Assembly: GCF_001194135.2 (NCBI RefSeq)
Contig: NC_068984.1
Span: 127,019,547 to 127,083,546, forward strand
Direction of reading: 5' to 3'
DNA from: Octopus bimaculoides
Taxonomy: Eukaryota
DNA length: 64,000 nt
Numbering within the stretch: position 1 is the first letter of the stretch; each line of letters opens with the position of its first letter. The notes beneath the pieces are model-generated. The model had not been told where the DNA came from. It did no database searches and was given only the letters and a program-made list of their open reading frames with translations. Both the position numbers and the translations under genes were made by a program. Below, piece by piece: positions 40,928-54,030 of the stretch.

Positions 40928-40968
<41 letters not shown>

Positions 40969-41189
40969 TACATACATACATACATACATACATACACACT
41001 AACGTGCACACACACACAAACACACACATATGTATATTCATTTATGTATGTATGTATACAGATCATATACAGACAGATTTCAGTCAGGTGATCATAATAA
41101 CGTACAATAAGGAAGAACTCAATGTTACACAAAGTAAGGATATTTAGTGTTTATTGTTGTCTATAAGAAGACAATAAATGTACACACAT

Positions 41190-41268
<79 letters not shown>

Positions 41269-41288
41269 ATAGGCTATTATTCGTTTCT

Positions 41289-41525
41289 TATTTCTTTATT
41301 GCCCACAAGGGGTTAAACATAGAGGGGACAAACAAGGACAGACAAACGGATTAAGTCGATTACATTGACCCCAGTGCATAACTGCTACTTAATTTATCAG
41401 CCCCAAAAGGATGAAAGACAAAGTCGACCTTGGCAGAATTTGAACTGAGAATGTAACGGCAGACGAAATACTGCTAAGCATTTCGCCCGGTGGGGTAACG
41501 TTTCTGCCAGCTCGCCGCCTTTCAT
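41289..41525 (-). mobile_element. SINE family B with 19-bp TSD
   Basis: TSD TAGGCTATTATTCGTTTCT at 41270-41288 and 41526-41544. Confidence 0.92.
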
Positions 41526-41999
41526 TAGGCTATTATTCGTTTCTGTTTACCAAATCTTTAGTCAGCAAGGGCTATAAAAAAAAGATACCCAAAATGGCAT
41601 GCAGTAGGACTGAACTTGAAATCATGTGGTTGAGAAGCGAACTTCTGAACCACACAACCATGACTGTGCCTTTAAAACAAGAGGCCTCGTCTATAAATAT
41701 GTGTACACACACACACACACAGATGTAGCGAGGTGGAGAATCGAAACTGCATTAGCTCAGTAATAAGATACAGCATATCAGGCAATATCAGCCTAATTGT
41801 CAGCCAATGATATTTCAGCTGCGATCATTCAATTGCATGAGTTTGAATGGAATATTCCATGACTTCCTGCCAAATCCTGGCTACAAATCAAGTTGTGTGT
41901 CACAATCAAAAGAGAGAGGCACCAGCGATCTGTATGAAGACAGATCTCTTGGTTACTGCTAGACCTGGGGTTAAAAGGAATCTTTTTTTTTTTATGTGT

Positions 42000-42746
42000 T
42001 CCAGTCATTAGACTGCTGTCCTACTGGAGCATTGCCTTAAAGAATTTTAGTTGAATAAATCAACCCCAGTATTTATTTCTTTAAGCCTTGTTTAATTCTA
42101 TTGGTCTCTTTTGCCAAAATGCTAAGTAATGAGGTTGTAAAGAAACCAACACCGGTTGTAAAGTGGCAGAAGGAGACAAACTCAGGCACAAAGACACCTC
42201 ACACACATATATATACACATACATGGCAGGTTTCTTTTAGTTTCCATCTTCCAAATCCACTCATGAGGCTTTGGTTGGTCCAAGGCTATTATAGAAGACA
42301 CTTGCCCAAAGTGCCACACAGTGGGACTGAACCTGGAACTATGTGGTTGGGAAGTTGTCCACTTGGTACATTTACTCTTTTACTCTTTTACTTGTTTCAG
42401 TCATTTTGACTGCGGCCATGCTGGAGCACCGCCTTTTAGTCAAGAAAATCCACCCCAGGACTTATTCTTTGTAAGCCTAGTACTTATTCTCTCAGTCTCT
42501 TTTTTGCCGAACCACTAAGTGACGGGGACATAAACGTACCAGCATCGGTTGTCAAGCAATGCTAGGGGGACAAACACAGACACACAAACACACACACACA
42601 AACACACACACAAACACACACACATACATATATATATACATATATACGACGGGCTTCTTTCAGTTTCCGTCTACCAAATCCACTCACAAGGCTTTGGTTG
42701 GCCGAGGCTACAGTAGAAGACACTTGCCCAAGGTGCCACGCAGTGT
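42000..42746 (-). mobile_element. Two adjacent SINE family A copies (older about 42000-42360; younger 42374-42746, 5' truncated)
   Basis: Family A body and AGTAAAAG tail in both. Confidence 0.85.
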
Positions 42747-43463
42747 ATATGAAAAGATTATGAAAATGCTCATAATATAGTTTGTTAAATGTGATATTGT
42801 ATATTGAAACAGCCTACAATTCTAACCATTTTAAATCTTGATATATCCAAGTTGATATGCTATAAACTTCTTTAAAACTCTGGCAAGATTTCAAACAGTT
42901 GTGGAAAAAATTGATTTTGATGTAATATTCTATGTTTGAAAATAAATATTGTATGACAAATAAAGCAGTGGGGTTAACCATCCTGTCAGTTTTCTCTGTT
43001 GATTGATTACAAATCAATAATTGATCCAGAAACATAAGAGAGAAAAAGTAGAAATAAGCTGCAGTGAGTTTTAGCCTGTGATTCAATTTCTCTTCCTGAT
43101 TGGAATTATTATATATCAGATTTTGTTAAGTGAAAAAAGAAAAAGAGAAGAATGTCAAAGCAGGTGTGTCTGTGTGGTTATGAAGCTGGCTTGCCAACCA
43201 AGTGGTCTTGGGTTCAGTCTCACTGTATGGCACCTTGGGCAAATGTCTTCTATTATAGCCTCAGGTCATCCAAAGCCTTGTGTGAGTGGATTTGGTAGAT
43301 GGAAATTGAAAAAGCCCATCATGCATGGCTGTGTGTGTGTGTATACATGTATATGTATGTGTGTATATACGTGTATATGTATGTGTGTATATATACATGC
43401 ATATATATGTATGTCTATATATACATGTATATGTATGTGTATAGATATGTATACATAAGTGTG

Positions 43464-43511
<48 letters not shown>

Positions 43512-43633
43512 CATGTCTCCTTGTTTTGGTGTTGGTGGTGATGCTTGCTTTGAAGAGAGACTTGTGTGTATCATTTTACTTTCAGTAGTACAAACATTTG
43601 TACATACATGAATGCATACATGATGCTTTAACT

Positions 43634-43678
<45 letters not shown>

Positions 43679-43974
43679 CATGTATATAAATATATTCTTA
43701 TACAGACATATTCTTGTATATTATAGTATGATTCTATACTGAACGTTTTATGTATATTAAAGAATATCTCTTTACATAACATAGTGTTTCTGTATGCAAA
43801 GTATGTCTGTCTGCTTTCTTCCATACATAATTTATGTCTATTCTATAAAACATGGTATATCTCTCTATACATCCCTGTAACCACCCCACCTCACTACCAC
43901 CTCAGCCACCTCAGCCACCACCACCACTACCGCCATCACCATCAGCAGCAGCAGTTGGGCCTCTGTGAGGCCCA

Positions 43975-44006
<32 letters not shown>

Positions 44007-45040
44007 GCTTCTTTCAGTATCCATCTACCAAATCCACTCATGAGGCTTTGGCTAGCCTGGAACAGTAATAAAAAACACTTGCCCAAGATATCACACAGTG
44101 GAACTGAAGTTGAAATCACATGGTTGAGAAGCAAACTTCATCACACAGCCATACCTGCACCTATAAATAAAGTGACATTTTATATCAGTCATATTTATGG
44201 TCAATGCCAGAAGTGCTGAGTATGCAGGGAGTATCCATCTCTTTAGTTTCCAGCCTATCTAATTCCAGTCTTCCCTGACATCAACCTCACAGTCTTTGAC
44301 ATACCCCCAGTTTCTTAAACTTATTTTCATCACTTTTTAAAATGTATAACAGTTCTATATAGCAACGTATATCTCTCTTTTCACTTATTTTTTTCCTATG
44401 TATAAAAAAAATTGCTTTTTCTTCAGTGTTTAACAGCAAATTTTTTTCTCCTTCTGTTTCCCCCTTTTTCTGACTGTACCCACTTTGACAGCCCTTTCAT
44501 ACCTGTTTTCTTTTTCCTTCCTTTGTTTATTACTTTCTCCAGATTCTATACATGTTACATAACTTCCAGACTTTTCACCAGTTTATGCATTTATTTTCTC
44601 ATTATTTATACCATTTACTCACCAGTGTTTTCCTTAAAATCTATATTGCTCCTACCTTCCCTTTCACCTAACACACATACCAGCCACATCCTCTCCCCAT
44701 CCTTTATACCTTCCTTTCACATACAATATGATTACACCTCCACACCATCCTTCTACATTATCCCATATCACTACACTCCCATACTTGTACACCTCCACAC
44801 ACTAGACTCACCCCAAGAAACCACATGCATCCAACAGCACCACACACACTCCTGCCCTATGCCTATCATTATACATGGATATCCTTCGATACATATACAT
44901 TTCATCCCACCTTCTCTTCCCTTCTTAACTTCCTCCATGGAATCACATTTCCACTTTGTTCCTAATTCTTTTGTTTTACTAACCACCTTTTCTCATTCTT
45001 TTTATTTTTCTTACCATCTTTTTCGTTTCTGTCATTTTCC

Positions 45041-45073
45041 CTGATGAAGGACAAGTGTCTGAAATGTCAAGAC
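45041..45073 (+). ncRNA. Degenerate hammerhead-like motif in a probable Penelope pLTR
   Basis: CTGATGA-A-GGAC-AAGT-GTCT-GAAA-T-GTC; stem II is intact but stem I does not pair. Confidence 0.35.
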
Positions 45074-45227
45074 TGTTTTCCTTTATTTAAATGTTAAGCT
45101 AATACATTTGTTAAAACTTGTCCTTCCCATGTTGTTGTGGTTTTTTTTCTTTTTCTGTACTCCTTGACTAATACATATATTTATATATTTTCTCTCTTAC
45201 TCTATCCCTTCCATTCCTAATTCTCAG

Positions 45228-45442
45228 ATATATGCTGGGCCTGGCTGGAATTCCTTCTGCCATTCAGTTTATTGGGTTCATATTTATGCCAGAATCTCCA
45301 CGTTGGTTGATTACTCGAAACAGAGACGATGAAGCAAGACTGGTCCTACAAAAGATGAGAGGTTATCGAGATATTGAGGAAGAACTAGAAAATATTAAAA
45401 TCAGTTGCCATGAGGCAGAGCTGCAGGAAAAGACAATTGCAG
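45228..45442 (+). CDS. SLC2A13: HMIT internal exon, 215 nt, phase 2 to 1
   Basis: Acceptor ttctcag, donor GCAG/gtcagt. Encodes YMLGLAGIPSAIQFIGFIFMPESPRWLITRNRDDEARLVLQKMRGYRDIEEELENIKISCHEAELQEKTIA with the PESPRWL signature; in frame with the previous exon (AG|A = Arg). Confidence 0.95.
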
Positions 45443-48400
45443 GTCAGTGTATATTCATACATACAAGTTTGTGTGTGTGTATGCAGCTGAGTGTGTGTTT
45501 CACAGTATGTGAATGTTTATGTATGTTTATGTGTATATGTAACTCAGAGAGAAAGGCACAAAAAGACGGTATTGTTGCTGGAGTCAGATCTAGGTGAAGT
45601 CATGGTTGGTCAGATTTTTTTGATTACATGGGTAATATTCTAGCAAATTGCACAAACAGATATAGTGATCAGATTACAGAATATTCCCACTACACAACTT
45701 TATTGCAAGTGTGAGCGTATGTATATGTGTTTATGTATATTTGTGTTTTAATGTATGTATGTGTGTATTTATATGTAAATACATGCCTGTGTATGCATGT
45801 ATTTGTATGTTTGTGTTTAAACATGTATAAATGTTTGAATTCATGTGTATATATGTAAAGCATATGTGTGTGCATGACTTTAATATATGTATGCATCGGT
45901 GAATTAGTTTATGTAGAGCTGTGTACACATAAAGATGTGTGAATTTTATGCTTGGCTCTATATGTGTGAGTTTACATGAGTATGAATGTCTCTATGGTAT
46001 GTCTGTGTATGTATCTATATGTATATATCTCTGTGTAAATAAACATATGAATGTGAATTTGTGTTTGGATTTGTGTGCATGTGTGTGAAGTTTAGATTTC
46101 ACTCTCTAGATATGTCTTCATGTATAGCTGAGTATGATTATTTGTATATATATGTATATTCATGTAGATATGTGTTTGAGCAGATCGAATGTGAGTGACG
46201 GCTGTGTGAATGAACATATGGGAGTGTGACAGGCAGTGTATGTTTGTGAGATATCTATACAAGGTACCACTCCCACTCTCATAGGCTGAAAGCTATTTTC
46301 ATTTTGAGACAGCCCATAGTCACCTAACCAGATCCCAGTACTTTGCTTATTAAACCAAGTGGAATAAAATAATTAATTATTAGCTTATTTTATACAGAGC
46401 TCAGGTACTTTACAAGTGCTCAAATGTACTACAGTGCTCAGGCTCATTAGAGTGTTTGAGTGTGCTACAGTGCTTGAGTGCACTACAAATGCTCAGGTGC
46501 ACTACAGTAAAAGGCCACAACCACTTGCAGTAGGATCTAAACTAAATCCTTTGGGATGAATGATTTTTATGTTCACTTTTAAATTATCAATCCCAAGAAA
46601 TAATAGATATTCATGAAATTGCAAATCTATCCAAACCATGCAGATATTAAAACTTCAATATTTTCAAAAATCATCAGTTTTATTGGGTCAAAGTTTAACT
46701 CCATTTTCCTTATTGTTGAACATAAGAGAGAAAACATCTTTAAGATAAGCCACAAGATTTTTGTAGGTTACTTATCCAAAATAACTTTGTACTATCTGAT
46801 GTGCTTATTGAGTTAATGTAGAATTAAGTGTCCTGTCCAGAAATATAGCCATCCCTTGACTCACACTGGGTTTAAACTCAAAGCCCATGAGTTGGCACTC
46901 TACTGATTCAGCTATTTTCCTTATATACTATAGGTAGTGGGGAAAGAGTATTAAAATATTTTAAAATGACAAAAGAGAAGACAATAGATGATGCCAGTCT
47001 TTCAGTGAATGATCCAAACTTGTCAGAAATATCTGAAATACTGATTTATCCATATAGCTGAATCAGTAAGATAAAAGTTCTGATCACATTTATTGACCAT
47101 AAACAATTCAGGCTGATTAAGTCGGTGTCGACTGAGGCGAACAGATAGAAACAGCTGTCATTTGGTTTTAATGTACAACCACATCAATTATCAGCATCAC
47201 AGAGTATTTAAATAAAGGCAAAAACACTTCAGTTTTGTGCACATATTTTCTTGACAGAAAGATATTCGTTATAATTTCTTCATTATTCAAAGAATGCACA
47301 GCAATCTCTTCATATTAATCGCATCTGAATTCTATTTTGCTTGTCGTCCACTTCAGATGTCTGCCTGGAAAATCTTCCCACCTCTAATACATTTTCTTCC
47401 TGTCTTACTGTCTTTTAACTCTCTCTTATTCCTTGCTTCTTTCTATGTCATTCAATCTATTTCTGTGATATTTCACCATTTATTCCAACCTGGCTGCTGT
47501 GTCACTTAAACAATTTTCATCATTTGTTGTATAACAAGCAAAACAAAACGAGGACCTTGTTGTCTTGTTGGTCATGTGACAGCAAATATTAGTGGCTTAC
47601 GAGTAAACTAGCAAGATGTCAGACCATGTGACTGCACATATTCAGAGGAATTACAGTATTCTTCGATCATGTGATGACTAATGTTGCCTTAATGCATGCT
47701 AACTAGAGATTAGCTATATGACACAATAGGTTAGTTCAGACGTAAACGTATAAGTTTGCACATATATTAATGTAAGGAAACTAGAATTATTTGAAAATCA
47801 AATAATGCATATCATCATCATTTAACATCCATTTTTCTATGGTAGCATGAGTCAGACAGAAGTTGCTGAGGCAGTTTTTCTGCAGTTGGACAACCTGCCT
47901 GGTGTCCAAGCAAAATAATATTTCTCCATGGCTAAACATGTTCTTCACAAAAGACTGGAAATGAATAACACAGCTAGATTCTTCACCATTGAACTATAGC
48001 TGACTGTAGAGCTCAGACAAATATCCCTTACACCAGTGCAACTCAAAGTGACAAAGACCAATATCCCACCACAAAAATTTGTGAATTTCCCACCAGTATC
48101 CATTTTATTAATGAGAAGATAAAATAGAGTTTGTATCCACATAATTTCACTTTCCTTACAGTTGTATGGAGCAAGATTTAAAACCATGTTAATTATCTTA
48201 AACATGGCTATTTGTAAGTCCTACTTGTCAATCTTTGCAGGCCTTTTCTGTTAAGAACCACTGCCTTACATTACATTACTATTCATATTCAAAATATTGA
48301 AACAAACACACCTACACACAAATACACATTGTATGCATTCATACACACACCTATGGACACACAAACATATTACAGTCAGTCATCACTTGCAAGTAAGTAT

Positions 48401-48900
48401 GACTTAGAAACATGTGTCAAGCTTTTGCTAATTGTTTCAGATGCTTACGTAGTTGCAAGCAGAGATGCCTTCTCAAGCCCTCTTACCCTTGGCACAGTGG
48501 AACATTCAGAATGTGATAGCTGGAGGGAGAGACAGCTGTACCTGCAACAAGCTGGTACTCTTTACAGCTGAGTAGACTTGAGCCTCATGAAATGAAATAC
48601 CTTGTCCAGTCCAAAAAGTGAACCCACAAACCAATGATCATGAGCCAAACCTCCTAACCATTAGGCCATGCTCTACATACTGCATTTAACTTTTAACTAC
48701 ATATGACTATCATACCTTTTGCAATTAAACCAGCCATATCCAGCCCAAATGTTCTACCTGTTTTAAGTTGAAACCACCAGATCTGGCCTCTCATTTTTAC
48801 CCTACAATGTCATTCTAAAAATAACAATTACATCATCAAAATCTCAAAGCCACAAGATAATTCATAATTAATTCAAAACAATGTGAATAAATAAACAATT

Positions 48901-49173
48901 ATATATATCAGTGACTGATAACTAAGATATCGTTAACCTTCTGATAAGAAGGTTCAACCCTTCAGCATTCAAATGTAATGTTTATTTATTTACATTGCTT
49001 TGAATTTAATTATGAAGTATCTTCCTCAACATTCAAATGTAATGTTGAAGAAGATACTTCATAATTAAATTCAAAGCAATGTGAATAAATAAATATTACA
49101 TTTGAATGCTGAAGGGTTGAACCTTCTTATCAGAAGGTTAACTATATCTTAGTTATCAGTTACTGATATATAT
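48901..49173. repeat. Near-perfect palindrome: 133-bp arms, 7-nt loop
   Basis: Arms 48901-49033 and 49041-49173 are reverse complements with 5 differences by manual alignment. Confidence 0.97.
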
Positions 49174-49454
49174 TGGATGGGAAATGATTTTGGAACTATA
49201 CTTTATTATATGTTGTCTCCTCAGATGACAGCCTGGTTTAACACTCATTAACTCATGAGTGATCTTAGCGGAATTCAATTTGCTGCAGGCTTTTTCCACA
49301 CGTGAGGCTGTATGGTAAAATGTTTGATTTCTAACCAAATAGTTTCAAGATTAGTCCTACTGCATGGCAGTTTGAGCAAGTTCTAGTGTAGTCCAAGCCT
49401 ACCAAAACCTTGTGAGTGGTTCTGATAGATAGAAGGAATCTGAAGGAAACCCAC

Positions 49455-49518
<64 letters not shown>

Positions 49519-49827
49519 TGTATGTGTGTATCTTGACATTGTAATTGTAGTAAATAATGTCATTCATTTCCGATATTCTGTGAAAATATGTCTGGCCATA
49601 GGGAAAAATTTAGCTTGCTTGGAAACTACTATGGTTTGGTGATAGGAAGGGTGTCTGGCCATAGAAAATCTACCTCAATAAATTCCATATGACCCATGCA
49701 AGCATAGACAAGTGGATGTTAAAATGATATAATGGTGATGATGAAGGTGATGATCTCCTTCTCCAAGAGCAATAAATATATTGGTATATTCTCAACTAAA
49801 TTATCACCATTGTGTTTTCAATTTCAG

Positions 49828-49939
49828 GTAAAAATCCAATAATACTACAGATGATACAGACACCATCAGTACGTCGAGCACTCATTGTTGGTTGCAGCTT
49901 ACAACTTATACAACAAGTAGCTGGTATCAATACAGTCAT
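49828..49939 (+). CDS. SLC2A13: HMIT internal exon, 112 nt, phase 1 to 2
   Basis: Acceptor tttcag, donor AT/gtaagt. Encodes (G)KNPIILQMIQTPSVRRALIVGCSLQLIQQVAGINTV(M) with the TM7 QQxxGIN motif and RRALIVGC as in HMIT. Confidence 0.95.
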
Positions 49940-50262
49940 GTAAGTATATCTTTCTTCTAAAATGGATTACTAATGTCTTTGTATGTGATATCAGCAGGAC
50001 AAGGATGAAAATGACCAGAAAGATGCGATCAAAGGAATTAAATGAATAGATATTTGACTCAGAGAGGTATTATGTCATTCATGGTTAGAATATAAGAGAG
50101 CAGAAGAATATCTATTAATATGATGTTAAAAATTGGCACAACTGTCTAAGACAGGTGCTGTAGAATTACTGCTGCCAATCTTCAGTATGGAAGGATATAA
50201 AAGACATAATCTTGAATGTAAGCATTTTCATCATCAAATATTTTGAGTGTTTCATGTTATGT

Positions 50263-50644
50263 TGTTGGCACTCCGTCGCTTATGACGTCGAGGGTTCCAG
50301 TTGATCCAATCAACGGAACAGCCTGCTTGTGAAATTAACGTGCAAGTGGCTGAGCACTCCACAGACACATGTACCCTTAACGTAGTTCTCGAGGATATTC
50401 AGCGTGACACACTGTGACAAGGCTGACCCTTTGAATTACAGGTGCAACAGAAACAGGAAGAAAGAGTGAGAGAAAGTTGTGGTGAAAGAGTACAGCAGGG
50501 TTTGCCACCATCCCCTACCGGAGCCTCGTGGAGCTTTAGGTGTTTTCACTCAATAAACACTCACAACGCCCGGTCTGGGAATCGAAACCGCGATCCTATC
50601 ACCACGAATTCGCTGCCCTAACCACTGGGCCATTGCGCCTCCAC
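50263..50644 (-). mobile_element. tRNA-derived SINE family C, full length, 11-bp TSD
   Basis: Reverse complement of the 9798 copy; intact B box GGTTTCGATTCCC; TSD TCATGTTATGT at 50252-50262 and 50645-50655. Confidence 0.92.
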
Positions 50645-50739
50645 TCATGTTATGTACAGATAAAGAAAGTACATCTTTTCTCGTTTATCATGGGGGTTTG
50701 GTTCCAGAAAATCTTAGTAATAAATGAACCCTCTCCACA

Positions 50740-50865
50740 CACTTTGTAAATGGAATGAATGGTAGATTCATCGACACTAAACTCACAGCCCGCAACAGCA
50801 AAGTTTCCACTACCATTTATTTTCTGAATTACCTCAACCTTTTCTTGTTGAGAATACATTCATCT
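50740..50865 (-). mobile_element. Possible pogo/Tigger-type transposase HTH fragment
   Basis: YSQQEKVEVIQKINGSGNFAVAGCEFSVDESTIHSIYK resembles a CENP-B/psq-type helix-turn-helix. Confidence 0.4.
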
Positions 50866-50956
50866 GTGTTACTTGTTTGATCAGGTGCCTTTGTATTTAT
50901 TCTGTTCACTGGTCCTATGTTGATGGGTATGAGTATGAAAATTCATATAAAAAGTA

Positions 50957-51113
50957 CAGGTGTGGCTGTGTTGTAAGAAGTTTGCTTCCCGACCACAGAA
51001 TTCCAGGTTCAGTCCGACTGTGTGGCATTTTGGGCAAGTGTCTTCTACTATAGCTTCAGGCTGAGCAAAGCCTAGCGAGTGGATTTGGTAGCTGGAAACT
51101 GTAAGAAGCTCGT

Positions 51114-51173
<60 letters not shown>

Positions 51174-51990
51174 TGTCAGTTTGTCCCCCACCACCACTTG
51201 ACAACCGATGTTGGTCTGCTTATGTCCCTGTAAGTTAGTGGCTCAGCAAAGGATATCAATAAAATAAGTTCCAGGTTTAAAAAAATAAAGAAAGAAGTAC
51301 TGGGGTCAATTCATTCAACTAAAAATACTTCAGAGCAGTGCCCCAGCATGGCCACAGCCTAATGACTGAAACAAGTAAAAGATAAAAGATAAATGAGTCT
51401 TGCAGCACACTATGTAGACACAAATGATACTCAGTGCATTCTGACCATTGTGGTTGGTCACTGGGGCACATTTTGCAATACAAGCAGAATCTTTGATTGA
51501 CCACTCATCCATGTTATCACAGATCAATCTGTGATAAGCATATCAGGGTTCACATTAGAGTGTACTATGTTATCCTGGAACAATGATAAATGAGGCTGTG
51601 ACTGTGTGGTAAGAAGCTTGCTTTCCAACCACATGGTTCCAGGTTCAGTCCCACTGCATGGCACCTTGGGCAAGTGTTTTCTGCTATAGCCTCAGGCCAA
51701 CCAAAGCTTTGTGAGTGGATTTGGTATTTGGAAACTGAAAGAAACCTGTTGCATATATATATTTGTGTGTGTGTGTGTGTTTGTATTTGTCCCCCACCAC
51801 CACTTGACAACCAGTATTGGTGTGTTTACATCCCCATAATTTAGCAGTTCGACAAAAGAGATTGATAGAATTAGTACCAACCTTGAAAAAAAATAAGTGC
51901 TGGGGTGGATTTGTTTGAGTAAAAATTTTTCAAGGCAGTGCCCCAGCATGACCACAGTCTAATGATTGAAACAAGTAAAAGATAAAAGAT
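50957..51990 (+). mobile_element. Two older SINE family A copies (about 50957-51395 and 51596-51990)
   Basis: Both show head, CTTGGGCAAGTG core, internal (TG)n and GAAACAAGTAAAAGATAAAAGAT tail. Confidence 0.85.
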
Positions 51991-53170
51991 ATCATCATCA
52001 TCATCATCATCGTTTAACGTCCGCTTTCCATGCTAGCATGGGTTGGACGATTTGACTGAGGACTGGTGAAACCGGATGGCAACACCAGGCTCCAGTCTGA
52101 TTTGGCAGAGTTTCTACAGCTGGATGCCCTTCCTAACGCCAACCACTCAGAGAGTGTAGTGGGTGCTTTTACGTGTCACCCGCACGAANNNNNNNNNNNN
52201 NNNNNNNNNNNNNNNNNNNNNNNNNNNNNNNNNNNNNNNNNNNNNNNNNNNNNNNNNNNNNNNNNNNNNNNNNNNNNNNNNNNNNNNNNNNNNNNNNNNN
52301 NNNNNNNNNNNNNNNNNNNNNNNNNNNNNNNNNNNNNNNNNNNNNNNNNNNNNNNNNNNNNNNNNNNNNNNNNNNNNNNNNNNNNNNNNNNNNNNNNNNN
52401 NNNNNNNNNNNNNNNNNNNNNNNNNNNNNNNNNNNNNNNNNNNNNNNNNNNNNNNNNNNNNNNNNNNNNNNNNNNNNNNNNNNNNNNNNNNNNNNNNNNN
52501 NNNNNNNNNNNNNNNNNNNNNNNNNNNNNNNNNNNNNNNNNNNNNNNNNNNNNNNNNNNNNNNNNNNNNNNNNNNNNNNNNNNNNNNNNNNNNNNNNNNN
52601 NNNNNNNNNNNNNNNNNNNNNNNNNNNNNNNNNNNNNNNNNNNNNNNNNNNNNNNNNNNNNNNNNNNNNNNNNNNNNNNNNNNNNNNNNNNNNNNNNNNN
52701 NNNNNNNNNNNNNNNNNNNNNNNNNNNNNNNNNNNNNNNNNNNNNNNNNNNNNNNNNNNNNNNNNNNNNNNNNNNNNNNNNNNNNNNNNNNNNNNNNNNN
52801 NNNNNNNNNNNNNNNNNNNNNNNNNNNNNNNNNNNNNNNNNNNNNNNNNNNNNNNNNNNNNNNNNNNNNNNNNNNNNNNNNNNNNNNNNNNNNNNNNNNN
52901 NNNNNNNNNNNNNNNNNNNNNNNNNNNAGCGGAAGCTATCGACTACCTCTAGTTTTTCACCCTGGAATGAGATAGAAGTTGTTTCCTGTTTGTTTGCAGT
53001 CTTTATTGCACCTGAACATCTGCCACAAACAAAAACTAACTTGCTAGTTAACCTGCCTTTGATGTTGCTGCACCTCTTATGTGTCCATAGCTTGCACCGG
53101 GTACATCTTATAGAGTTACTACCTACTCCTTTTCTACATACTGAGCAGGGCCATCTACCTGAAGGGGTTT
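51990..53170 (-). mobile_element. RTE-clade LINE 3' portion spanning an N gap
   Basis: 3' UTR at 51990-52188; beyond the gap the minus strand reads GRWPCSVCRKGVGSNSIRCTRCKLWTHKRCSNIKGRL..FVCGRC. Confidence 0.85.
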
Positions 53171-53802
53171 GTGTTTTATCTACCTTCCTACTTATTAGGA
53201 TTTTGGTTTTAAAGATAATATATTGCAGTCTGGTCTTCCATACAGAGGGTTAACAGCAGTAATTCCATACATCACGATTGTGAAGAAAAGCCAATGTAAT
53301 TATACAAAAGAAATATTTTTTCTGAGAGTTCATTGTCCATAATTGGTTGTGTGTATTATACAAGTGCATATTATATACAAATAAACATGGTATCATTCAT
53401 GATTATTATAAAAGGATATCATTCATGTATACAGAGAAATTATCTTATTTGTGATTAGAGAGAAATAATATTTTGTGGCCAGAGTAAATGGATGATAGTT
53501 AAGATTGAGATGAGACAAATGGCAATGTACTGTATAGTAAACTCTGTTAACCCAAGAAAGATAAAAAGCACATTAGAATAGCAGTGTTGATGTTGCTGAT
53601 GACGATGTTGATGATGTTGCTGCTGCCACCAAGAATGCAGAATTGATGTGGGGTTACAGGTCATGCAGAAGACAGACCATTTTGGTACAGCAATAATTTT
53701 GAGGAAAGCTTTGTGTATGCAAAGCACAGGGGAGGAAGCAGTAAGGCGCCTTTGTCAACTTGTTGACTGTTCCTTAACTGAAATGTCCACACTGTTCAAC
53801 AT

Positions 53803-54030
53803 TTAACCCTTTAGTGTTCAGATTACTCTGTTAAATGTAATACTTTTTCACTCAAATTGTTTTGAATTAATCATGCATTATCTTATAGCTTTGAGGTTTC
53901 AATGATGTGATTGTTTATTTTTAGAATGTCAATGTAGGTTAGGTGTGAGAGGCTAGATATCGCCAGTTTGAATATAAAACATGTAGAATATCAGGGCCAG
54001 ATATGGCCGGTTTAAACACTAAAGGGTTAA
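53803..54030. mobile_element. piggyBac-type MITE (TTAA-CCC...GGG-TTAA)
   Basis: Perfect terminal inverted repeat TTAACCCTTTAGTG/CACTAAAGGGTTAA. Related partial copies at about 32680-32895, 36775-36930, 38100-38460 and 48720-48900. Confidence 0.8.

Noticed and set aside
44412-45044. 210-aa hydrophobic ORF upstream of the 45228 exon
   Set aside because: It arises from a pyrimidine-rich low-complexity tract (F/L/S/P/H bias) with no domain motif or matching splice phase.
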